Source: Pelomyxa schiedti (lineage: Eukaryota > Protista > Evosea). Taken from it: a stretch of 64,000 nucleotides of DNA. The stretch lies in assembly GCA_020536535.1 (NCBI GenBank), contig JAHLWZ010000854.1:8444-72443 (forward strand), written 5' to 3'. The notes under the pieces are model-generated. The model did no database searches. It was not told where the DNA came from and was given only the letters and a program-made list of their open reading frames with translations. Positions 38,149-49,687 of the stretch are shown here, in pieces; positions within the stretch are counted from its first letter, which is position 1, and each line of letters opens with the position of its first letter. Both the position numbers and the translations under genes were made by a program.

Positions 38149-39975
38149 ATGGGGGCTAGGCACAGGGGCGTTGTTGGTCTATTGTTGGTCTCTTTGAGTG
38201 TAGTGTTGGCTGGTGAGGGTCATTTTTGGCAGCTGACGGACTTGCACCTGGACCCCTGGTACCAACCTGGTGCCGACGTGGAAACAAAATGTACGTCTTC
38301 GCTCCTTTTTGTTTGGCGATTAATAATGCCAACAAAAATAAAAAACCGGCGGCTCTAATTTTCCAAATCAATACAAAAGGTAGGAACTTTACAGACACAA
38401 GTAATCCTAAGGCGGGGTTGTTTGGGGATTACCATTGCGAATCATCGACTACTTTGCTTGATTCCTGGCTGGATTTTATGCGGAGGTAGGCATTTCCTCG
38501 CATTGCACAGAAGCCTCGAGGTGAGATACTCATTTGGGCATTTCACAGTGAATATGGTGATGTAGAATATGTCTTCTGGACTGGTGACTCTTCTCCCATG
38601 AATGAAAAGTGATTTCCATTTTGGAGAGGTTGAGTGTGAGGCACGGCAATTATTAATACTCCTTTCTACAGTTACCCGCTACCCAGTGACGACCTCCAAA
38701 TGTCACAACAGCGAGTCTTTGATATTGTGCAAATCCTCACCGACAGTATCCAGTCTACATTTGGACCCAACAACTATACCACAATTCTTCCATGTCTTGG
38801 AAATCATGAAGTTCGCGTATAAGTGAATATACTGATTTCTAAGCAATCCTTTAGGTGTGGCGTCCAAGTGTTTTCTATGGTCCAGAAGACAACAGAACCA
38901 TCAACATACTACATACCATAGGAACTATGTGGGAGGTGTGAGAAACCGGTTTTAGGTAATAGAACTTATCCTGTGACAGCCATGGTTCCTGGATCAAAAC
39001 GCCCATGACGACTTTTTCCAATACGGGTTCTACTCATCCCTTATCGAACCAGGGTTGCGCTTGATAAGTCTCAATACACTATGGTGCGATTCTGGGAATG
39101 TCAGATCCTGGGCACACAAGAATGGAGATGGAAATGATGTATGCCTGTAGAACTCCAGTGTACCTATTGACTCTAACATAGATCATGTTTTCATGGTTGG
39201 AAGGAATCCTTGCGCAATCCCTATCTGATGGGGAGGCAGTATGGGTAATTGGGCATGTTCCAATGAGCGCACCTAATACTATTCCCTATTGTTCTGATCA
39301 GTGGAACTCTCTCATCCTTCAATATGCTAGTATCATAAAACTGCAAGTCTATGGTTCATATTTGGCCTATAGTTATTCTTGCCCCAACTAGAGTAACATC
39401 GCACAGGGCACACTCACTCTGATTTTTACACTGTCTTCAGTGATAAGCTGGGTACACCCAAGAATGTACTTTATGTTTGTCCATCTCTTACCCCAGAGTC
39501 TTGGCATAAGGTGGAGCGTCGGCTTTCAAGATAATTTGCTCAATACTCTCAGGATGGTGCAAATCCAGGTGCCCGTATTTACACATATGACAAGGAAACC
39601 AAAGAAATCCTCGATTACACACAATACTACTGCAACCTTACCAAAGCAAATGAAGGTACAGAACTCCACCCAATTGAGCAACACCAAAATTACCTCTTCA
39701 ACACTCCGGTTCTTAACCTCTGTACAGAGGGGTTCATAACCTGGGAAGTTGAGTACTCTGCCCTTAGTGATTACCCTCTCAAGTCACTTGCTCCCAGCGA
39801 ATGGCAATCACTCACTGATTCCCTGGAGACTGATACTACACTGTTTGAACAAGTCTGGCAGCACTATCACATTGAACATGCCTCAGAATGTGACGAGGCT
39901 TGTAAAGCAGACTTTTTGTGCCAGCTCGAGAAACCCACAGAAAAGCAATATGTGGAATGCAAGGAAAAGTCCTAA
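38149..39975 (+). CDS. Acid sphingomyelinase/SMPDL3-like secreted metallophosphoesterase, multi-exon
   Basis: Signal peptide, FWQLTDLHLDPWY, FGDYHCES, FWTGD, LGNHE, LISLNT, IGHVP, GHTH, NPGARIY and LDYTQYY. Confidence 0.92.
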
Positions 39976-40074
39976 ACAAAATCTGCATTCAAAAATCACT
40001 CCTTTTTTCTTGATTTCCATGAATGACTCGTCATCACATTCCAGGGCGTCATCGACGGCAATTACCAGCAACGA

Positions 40075-40715
40075 ACCTCTAAATCTGTGGTGGTCGTGCC
40101 ACTGTGCAGAGGAGGTTGGGTACTCCGCATTTTTTTCGTCTCTCAGAGACCAAGGCACAATTTCCCCTGTTATCAGGGAGATGAAAAAATGAGGAGTACC
40201 CAACCTCCCAGACGAGAGGCTGAACAACACGGAGCTTTGGGCCTGCGCCGCCTCCCTGAAATGCCCCAGTCCCGAGAGAATGGGGGCAGAGAACTTCGCC
40301 GCAGGCCCTTTCAGAAGGTGATGGATTATTCCCATCTGAGAGGGACACACCCCTATGACGGAGCATGTTCCCTCCCAGGAGCAGGCAAACTCCCAAGGCT
40401 CCCCCCTGGGAGTTGCCTGCGAAAACAGATTTGGAGGGAGTTAACCCAGGGCGCCCCCCTGGGGCACTCCCTCCTGACATAACTTAGAGTCTGAACAGCA
40501 GAGGCTCCCCCTCTGTGTCATGACTCGAAACGAAAGTGGACCAGGCGCCCCCTGGCCACAAAATCCCTGTCTCACACACGTTGGTTTTTCTTGCCTGAGC
40601 TGCCCACAAGGAGCAACCCAGAGAAAACCTGTGGACAGGGAGCATTGCACGATGGATAGGTTGATAGATTGGATAACCGTGACTGCATTTGAGCTCGGTC
40701 ACAGAAGGTCAAGTA
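40075..40715. ncRNA. Candidate structured non-coding RNA (multi-hairpin), family not recognised
   Basis: Dense inverted repeats: 40111-40208, 40239-40308, 40381-40420, 40433-40474, 40487-40526, 40536-40559 and 40564-40641. They lie in an 860-bp gap with no convincing CDS. Confidence 0.55.
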
Positions 40716-40834
40716 CTCCTCGAGGAAAAGAGCTTTCAGGGCAGGCCAATAAGAGAACAGTTTTTTTTTGGTACGGGATTGTGGGAATAAAAACATTTCG
40801 TTTTCTGTTCTCCTTTTCCGTCTTGTATCAAATA

Positions 40835-41875
40835 ATGAAGACAATCACCGTGAAGCCTTTCCGGGTGCAGTTTGCTGTTAGTAGGGAGCCTGTTGTTCTT
40901 TGTCCCTTCGAAGTGCCGCCATCGTCAGTTGCCTTGACCGACTCATGGTCTTCGCTTCCCATGGTTGCAGCCCCCACTGTAGCCTCGCCATCGGCAGTGC
41001 CCCTCTTCGACCTCTCATCCCTCCCTGGCCCACTGATTTCGGCCGTCATCGACCAGCTGGCCTCCTCCCCGCGCGACCTCCTCGCCCTGGGCCGCACCTG
41101 CCGCCCGCTGGCCGGCCGCACCCGCTCGCAGGACCTCTGGCGCCGCGTCTTCTCGCAGGCCCAGAGCGCCCGCGCCTTCTGGCACGAGGAGCAGCGGCGC
41201 CCGGCGGAGCCCTGGTTCTGCTTCGTGCTGCGCATGGCCCACGCCCCGCGCCACTCGCGCCTGCTGCTCGCCGCCCTCTGCATCTGCCCCGGGGGCAGCG
41301 GCGTCGCGACCCACCCGCTGGCGGCGAAGGGGTGGCCCGAGGGGCTGCTGGAGAGGCTGCCGGGGTTTTACTTGTCTGTGCAGCATCCGGTTTGGCCCGA
41401 TTCTGGGGAGCCCGGAGAGATTACGGGGTTTGAGGATTTGTACAGGACGGCGTATAAGTAAGGCTTGTTTGTGTGCCACACATCTGTCATCACTGTTTTG
41501 GGTGGACTTGTTTAAAGCTTGTGTCTATGGGGAATTGAATGGCCAACTGACTGAAAAAACCACCAGTTGTGTGCTTCATAAAAAGCGCATAGAGTTTGAT
41601 TGTATTCTGGAATACATTCTATTTCACGCTGCTGAACGTACTACCTGTGACATCATGGCCAATTCGCCTGCCAAGGTAAGAACCTTACCCACAAATTATT
41701 GACTAACTTTTTGTTACGCACTAAGGAAGAAACCATACAGAAATACCGTACTTTCAGTACAATGTTGGCTGATGTATGTGCATATCGGAACCGTGTGGAG
41801 AATTGTGAGGCAATACAGAATATCGCTGATAGGGTTTTATCCCGAGCCATGGAAAAACACCACCTCACGTTTTAG
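40835..41875 (+). CDS. F-box protein fused to a Cullin-3-like N-terminal repeat; introns 41458-41566 and 41676-41725
   Basis: F-box LSSLPGPLISAVIDQL..DLLALGRTCRPL..LWRRV. The spliced C-terminus is FEDLYRTAYNCVLHKK...MLADVCAYRNRV. Confidence 0.75.
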
Positions 41876-41912
41876 TTGTATAAGAAGAAGGAATAAAATT
41901 ATATTTGTTCAA

Positions 41913-44900
41913 CTATTCTTTCTTGGACATGTAGGTTTTGCACACATTCATCAGTGAACCTTTTCGAGCTGTCATCATTCCACGGAACTCTGGAGACTGT
42001 ATGAGCGCGGTCCGCTCGGAATTTATCACTGAAGTGAGGGTTATTCCAGAATGACAAGAATCTTTGAACACACTTTTCAATAGAAGCCATTCGCGTGTCT
42101 GCTCATTGTTTGGGAAACTGACAGGTTCGGGCATGAAGGGAGGATAGGGAGACACTCCAGCTTTGTTGGCTACTATAATATTATACCCTGTTGTGGCGTT
42201 TGTAGTGCTGTCGACAATTGCTTCAACAAGGAAGAAGCCATCTGGAATTTATGTTAAAAGGAATCATACTTGACTGTAACCAATACGTACGAAGGAAGTG
42301 CGAAGTGAGCAGTTTTGGAGTAAATAAGTCCTTGGGGTTTGTGGGGTCACGCTCTTTAAAAATTACAGAAACCTTGGAATGGTAAAATTAGAAAAAAATT
42401 TTAAATATTTAATTGATATTAATTTATATGAAATTAATAAAATAACAAAAGCGCACCACATCATTCCCGATATGCCGTTTTCTTTCCACACGTTGAAGAT
42501 CATCAGGTTGGAAAGGTAAGTATGTGCAAACCTTGAAATGATGTTTTGAATTTGGGTAAAAAATAGAAAACGTACATGATACATTATCTCGTAATCTCTG
42601 AATGACGTATAAACAGAAAATTTCCCTGTGGAACCGGCTGTTTATTCACCAATGAGATGCGTGAGATCCGGAGACTGAGGGAAAATACTTTTTACATCAA
42701 GACCAGCTCGGTACTTGGTCCAGCCTTCTAATGTAACTTTAGTCCCAAGGAAATCGAGAAACTCCTGATAACGTGGGGATGCATCAGTTTCCACTTAAAG
42801 TGCATCAGATGAAGGCATAAGGAAATGAGATACTACAATTACTAAATATGTCGTTTTCATCAATTTGGTTTGGCTTCACCCACAGAACGCCAATCTTGTA
42901 CGCACGCACACAGCTTCTTTCTTCAAAATTGAGTAAATCTTTGGATAATTCTGTTTGCGCCTTGACACGAACTAACTTGGTGTCCCTGGTAAAAATAAGT
43001 TTAAATAACACTGGGGAGGCCATACTTCAATCGAAGAATGGATGAGCCAACAAACCGGGCAGACTCGGTTGAGGGTATCAAAGCTCTGTCTACTCCCTAT
43101 CACTAGCTTTAATTATTCTTATCACAAGAAAAAAGATTACCTTTTTCGAAATAATCAGCACTCTCCGAGGTAAAACCTCTTTGCTTTCTACTTGTTGAAT
43201 TGCAGCAATAATGGGTGATCCTTCTGATATACAACAGAATATGTCATGGGCTGCAGTGTTTTAGTCCTTGACGCAAACAGAGGAAAAGCATACGCTGCCC
43301 GTAAAAGAATTCCTTATAAAATAAGAAGTACCGATGAGGATCGATGAAGCCAAAAGGTTCTATTTCATCCCGCTTTGTGGATGTCACACTTCTGGCATCA
43401 TACTCAACTGAAAACGCACCTCCTGCTGGTGTGGTACATGCCACATCAATTGCAGGTACACCGTACTTTTCTATGTTCGGTTCTGTCCCCTGTGATTTGA
43501 TAAATGCTTGGGCTATCAAGTCAATGGAAGGGAACGGACTGTCCAAGTTTCATGTGGGTAGGGAGAGCTTGTCCAGTGATCAACAAAGCCAGATCCCCAA
43601 GCTAAGTTTTCCATAGATCTAATTGCTGTCACCAAAGCAGCACGATCATGAATTATTCTGAATTGGTTCTCAGAAAATAGTCTAGCAAAAGATAGGTACT
43701 TGCTAGGGAGAGCTGGCACAGTTTCACCAGAGCCAGTTGATGTCTGAAAAAGAGCAAGGTTTTTGCGGAGTTTTGTTGACATGGCCCCAACAGGAATTTC
43801 TGGTGAAGACGGGATGTTAGTGGATGAGAAGGGAGCATGGCAAAAATTACCAGATATAATATTAGAAATATTTTTGAGTTTAAACATCGGCTCAGCTGGT
43901 TTAGCTGGCTGTGGTACTGGCATTGGTTGGTCACGCTGTGGAATGTTAACGAGCGCAAATCGTGGGCATTCTTACAAGGGTGGCACCAGTTCCCCATGAT
44001 TCCATGGCAGCACCCAAATGCCCTGTGTGCTTGAATGTAATGGGGTCGGAGATAGCAAAGTCCTAAGTGGACTAAGGGAAAAGGCAGCAGAATGAATACA
44101 TACATCTTTTTTAGGCTTTCTTTTTGGTGCGTCTTTATGGGTTGTCACTGGGTGGGGATGTGATGTAGGTGCTGGTGTTGGTGTTGATGTTGATGTTGAT
44201 GAAAATGTTGATGTCGATGTCGATGTCGATGTAGCGGCTGGTGTTTGTGTTGCTGTCGGTGACACCGGTGGTGCTGGTGTTGGCGTTGGTGATGGCGTTA
44301 CAACTGATATTGATGGTGATTGCGACGGTGATGACGAAAGTGTGGGCGATGAGGTTACTGTTATTGTAGGTGTGGATAATGGTTGGCTCTGCGCATTTGT
44401 AGTGGTCCCCGAAGATGGAGGAGCGGGAGCAGCAGGAAGTGGCTTTCCAGGTACGAGATGAATGTGCATTGGCTTCTGAGCTGTTGGAGGTAGAGGAGGA
44501 AGTTGTTTGGAGGGGTGACTGATCCCAGATGTGCTCTGTGTAGGGGGAGTTGCATTTTCTGCTCCTTCTTCACCTTTAAACATTCCGATAAATTGACGTG
44601 ACTGTCCAGTTTTCCTTCCAATGGAATTGAACCAATTTGGGGGGCGCTGCGGAGCAGATTGATTTGTAGATTGCCAAGAGTGACTTTGTGCAACATCCAA
44701 GTAGGCAATGGATTGAATCTGAGACTGTGTTGGAGTAGCTTCTTGGGCTGATTGACCCAAATTTTGGAGTTTTAATTCTTCTTCCTTTGAGGAAACTTGA
44801 GATTCATCGGTGGGCTGCATAACGCCTTCATCATTTACAATAGACGCACTCTGGTCAACTTCAACTTCACTTTCACTGTCACTATCAGCATCAAACTTCC

Positions 44901-46667
44901 AGTCCCCTTCGGCAGTTTCATTGTCACTGTCACCTTCCGGGGAAGAAATGTAGGGCAAGCATGTAGGATCGCTCTCAGGTGTGGGTTCGTAAACTCGAGG
45001 TTCAGGAATACACACTGAGGCTGCAGCGGTGGAATGTGTATGAATTGGTATTGGGGGTAAAGGTTTGGTTTCACTGGGCTCTTTTTTCGGTGGTGCTGCC
45101 ATGGCAGACTCCGTTGACTGCTGAATGACAGGAGAAGCTGTGGCTACTGTATATTCAGTGCCACTCCCTGCCTGAGTTACAGTGTCCAAGTGAGGTGAAA
45201 TGGATGACTTCTGTGAGGTGGTATGTGTTTCTATATGCATAGAACTACAAGACATTGGAAGTGCTTCTAAGGTGGAGTTATTGCTCGGTTCAACACTTTT
45301 TTATTGTATTGGGGTGCGTGGTCGGGTTACCTTGGGAAGGTTGTGCTTGCTCTCTAGGTGGTAGTGTAAGCCGCTCCTCTATACTATTGATGACTTCCAA
45401 TGTGTGCTGTTCAGTTTGCACGGTAAACGTATCTTCCAAAGGAAGTGGAGTGACTTTCATTTCCTTTGGGGGTGGGGAAGGAGTTCTCCTGCGTGAAGGC
45501 AACTGTTGGGGAACCTGTTCGGTGGCTGCCGGATTTGTTGATGCCTTAGGCACTTGTTCTCGAGGGGGTAAAGCAGGAGGATGTCGAATGGATCGCTCTT
45601 CAATTGTACTTGAATTGTCTTGAGTCATGTCTTGTTCTGCTGGTACCACGTTTGGAGGAGGAGTTGGTGGATGAGCTGGTTTTGGTGGTAAACCGCCAGA
45701 GGATCTCAAACCCGAAGTAGTTGTATTTTGGGGTGCATTGGGTTCTGTGGCAGAGGTGCTGGGTTTTGGTGCTGGGGTGGGTGGTGCCGGTTTTGCATCA
45801 GTTGGAGTTGGAGGCTTTGGCTTACTTAAATAAACCGAAGCATTAGAGTTTGGAATTAACATTGCTGGTGGCTGTGATTGTGGAGGAGGGGGTTTGAGGT
45901 GGGGTGCAGAGATAACGCGGGGTGGAATTGTGGGTCTTGGAGGTAAAGATGGCCTAATTTGTGCAGACTGGGTTAGGGGTGTTGTTGGTGTTTGGGGTAA
46001 TGCTGGACTGTGAGTTGGTCTTGGAGGCAATACTGGTTTTGTATTGGGGACAGTGTTTGAAGTGGGGGTTGGTGTATCTAAAGGTGTTTTGGCTGTGTCC
46101 TGCAACGGTAATGTGGTATCTGCTATTGTGTCTGTTGGTGTTGATTCTGACTTGAGCTTCAAGATGTTATACTTCTAAATTTGTAAGAAAAGGACAATTA
46201 CATCTGTGAGGTTATCTCCCAAGTCCAAGTCAGACCCAGAAGTACCCTGCACTCGATAAGGGAATAACAAAACGGGGAATAAAGGGTACCTCAGAGAAGC
46301 TTTCCAATAAACTTACTGTACAAAGATGAGGATTCACAGAGTAATAATAATAGCATACGTGTTACAATTTTTTTTTTCACCTCTTCCCGTTTTTCCAAAA
46401 GCAGGCGTGCTTGGGGAAAACTGAGACACAATGGTTTGGCTATCAAAATTGCGTTAGTGAGCTCCTCGAGTCGCTGTCCATTTACTCCCTTTTGACAGCA
46501 TTACATTAGACGTCCTCCTTTTGCATTGAAACATGTGTGGAAGGGGAAAAAAAACTCACAACAAAATTTTGAGCGAGAGGACTGAATGGTGGCCCCAATG
46601 AGGTGACCCAAGCAACAACCTGCGGAGCCGTCCACGAAGCAACAGGCAACGTACCGTGTATACTCAT
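41913..46667 (-). CDS. Rap/Ran-GAP domain protein with N-terminal SAM-like domain and long Pro/Thr-rich linker
   Basis: YKIGVLWVK, YQEFLDFLG..YRAGLDVK, catalytic RKRHIGNDV, and INSERTAL. The N-terminus WTAPQVVAWVTSLG..NGQRLEELT is SAM-like. Confidence 0.88.
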
Positions 46668-46957
46668 AGACACAACGTTGTCTCAGATGCCCAGATCTCC
46701 TTTTCGTGTTGTCTTGTTGCCCAACCAACGAGGTATCACGAGCCTCTTTTTTTTCGTATTTTGTGTTAAAGGATTCCGGTTCCACGGAAAAAACTTCGGA
46801 TCTTGATTTGATTGGCCATTCGAATGTGATGCGTTTATGTTTGGAAGGTGACATAATTTCCCGGTCGCAAGAGTGTTTTGGCTAGGTGTCATGTCAACTT
46901 GTTTAGTGGGAATCTCATTTTTATTATAATTACAAGCGGCAGTGTGTACAATTTCAT

Positions 46958-48903
46958 TTACAGGGAGGAGGAACTTGGGGAGATCTGTGTGGATGATGCT
47001 TTGGAGGACTGTGTCTTGGTGGTTTCTGGGGTGTGGGGGCTTTTGTCTTTGTCAGTTATGGATAGACTGGAACCTGTTTCAATTGCTTGGTTACATGTGA
47101 GTATTGCTCATTTTTTGTTTGTTTGTTTTGTTTGTTTGGTTTTGGGTTGCTTTGATTGGGGGCATACCGGGAATAGTTACACTCTCTACAGTGGTTGTAG
47201 TTGTTGTCGTGGTCGTCGTGGTTGTTGTTGTGGTTTTTGTGAGTGTTGGCGTCATGAGCGGTGTATAGATAAGGGGTGGTGTCTGAAGGTAACTTGCGTG
47301 AAGAACGTTTTTATCTTCCTGGGCACAGATCAAACACTTGATTTAACCTTTTGTAGATGAACCTGATTGGGATCACGAACATTGAGTGCTGCTGCCCTCC
47401 TCCTCACGGCAGGGGACGCGGTAGCGGTAACAGCGATCTTTTTCTGTATTCTTTATTACTTTCTCTTATATGCTCATATTGAAGTCAATTATTACTAGAG
47501 ATGAAGCAACTCCATTTACCTCATGACAGCAACAAGACCCACTTGATTGATATACACTTGATGCAGATGAAGTGGCCTCCCATGAACTACCCCCACCAAT
47601 ACTAACACCCGCTACACTCCCATTTTCCCAGCTGCGTTGAATTCGACTCTCATGGGCATCTGTAGCAATATCCACGACAGAGCCGCTACATCCTTTCCCA
47701 TTGCCCATGCTGCTCTCTGTTGGTCTTGAACTCCCTGCTGTGCTTCCTCGGTAACTTGATACAGAAAAGTCATCTCCTACTCGGTCCCGCCTGCAGGGAC
47801 CACAGCACATCAGGCGTCTGTTATTGGAAAACCCCTAGTGTAGACTTAATCATTAGGTTTCAACTGATGATAGTACGTGGGTTTGCTGCATTTCCTCAGC
47901 TTTTTCTCTCTGCATCATTATGTAATCATAAGTGGTCATATGTTTTAAAAAGGCTGGGTTGTAGATAAGTTAAGCATTACAACATGAAGAATCTACCTAT
48001 ATTTACATGAAAGACGAAGAGCTGCCCAAGTAGGTACAATGCAGGAAGGTCAAGCACAGTATAGAATCCTATGACAGAAATATACGCATAGTGATGAAAC
48101 CAGCTCCCATAAACATATAATACTATTTCACAATAAACCAAAATGATAACAAATAAAAAAACCAATACATCTTCCCGTGAGTCTCTGTCTATCAACTAAA
48201 TATTCAATTCCAAGGGCAACACCAGTCAAAAAGTCTATGATGGCTGATAAAAAAACGCAGGACAGAAAAAGAAAAAATAATCTGTGGCAGTTTCAATTTT
48301 TCTTAAGAGGAACTAGGGTTGGGGCAAACCTATAGTTCTTTCCTCCTATGCAATTATTTAACCAGATGCAGTGGTGATCAAAATTTGCAACACATTTATT
48401 ACAGACCTTGCAGTGTTTACTTTTTTCATTCCTGGTTTTCAATATTAATTTTATCCACTTTCTACAAGATACTTACACGACTACTCTACATATAATGCAG
48501 TAGTTATCTTCATTTATAACGTGAGTGCCTGCAGGAACTTCTGTTTGTGATCCCTGAGTGATAGCCCCAACGACAACATTAGGATCAACGGGATCGGACA
48601 ACGTTACTGTAATGTTTAGTGCACAGCGTACATGGTGAGTGAGATAAAATAAATAAAAGCATACATTTTAACATCAGACTCAGAATCACGCAAAGCAGTG
48701 AACCAACAACCTGGATGGAAAATGTAAGAATGAAGACTTGGAAGAGAAGCCATAGAGACCAGTGCCAAGAATATCAAGCAGGGCAGAGGGAGTAGAGCAT
48801 CCTTGAAGGCAAAGTAGCCACAACCAAAAAACACCATCAAAAACCACGACAGCACTTGCAGAGGGTGGAACGGCCACCTACACCCGTTCTTTCGCACGGT
48901 CAT
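46958..48903 (-). CDS. DHHC palmitoyltransferase, ZDHHC1/11-like; 3' end approximate
   Basis: [18 protein letters not shown]-terminus and [30 protein letters not shown]. Confidence 0.92.
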
Positions 48904-49687
48904 CGTGCGCGCTACCGCACCACAATCAGGAAAGGAAAAATTTCGACTTTGATCAAAACACAGAAAACCGGAATCAAAAACGCCGAGGGTACGGCTATGC
49001 CTTGGAACCCAGCTGGAACAAAACGAAAAACATAAAGTCCATGAGGGTGCATGGAAGCCAAAGAACCAGCGTTTTTATGCTATTTGAGAGTTACGAGGTG
49101 CATCACGTTGTCAGGCGATAAAGGACTTGAACGGAGGATGTGGTCCTCACGAATTTTGAGTTCTAGGCGCCCTTTTTTGTGGCTGTGTGGCACAGGGGAT
49201 GGAAGGAGAAAAGAAAACTCACATTTTGTAGCTGGAAACATTGTTGGACGAGTCTGACAGTAACTTTTTACAGCTTCCTCTCCTAAGAGAAACCAGGCAA
49301 GTTCCATTCATTCTCCAGTTGAACCAAGGAGAAACATAGAGGCTCTGCTGACATTGGTTTGCATAGCTATGGTTGGCGAGTGTCAATCCCATTATTTCCC
49401 TTTTATGTTGGCTCAAAAAATCAAGACTGAGGGGCAAGGAGATCGCAGCAGATCGTCCCTACATCTCATGACACCTGCCGTGCCTCTTCGACCACGAAAC
49501 GTGTTTCATTTCTTGATTTCTAACTTTTCTCTTCGCAAAAAAAAACCGAACTTCGTCCTTTTATTTTTATCAGTACCGAACTGAAACCAAAAGACACCCA
49601 AATTCAAACAGCCATTTAAAAAAAAGCAAAAAAAACCCGCACAACAAGGTCCCCAACACCTTAAATCAGCCCAATAATAAACCCAAA

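Noticed and set aside
40381-40563. H/ACA snoRNA pair (ANANNA at 40422 and 40528, ACA at 40477 and 40558) or CRISPR-like array
   Set aside because: Most hairpins lack pseudouridylation pockets and the last is too short, so the snoRNA call is not supported, though not fully excluded. There are no identical repeats with spacers and no cas genes.
40520-40834. N-terminal extension of the F-box ORF from 40520
   Set aside because: It runs through hairpin-rich and T-rich sequence with no protein-like features. The real start is more likely 40835 or 40961.
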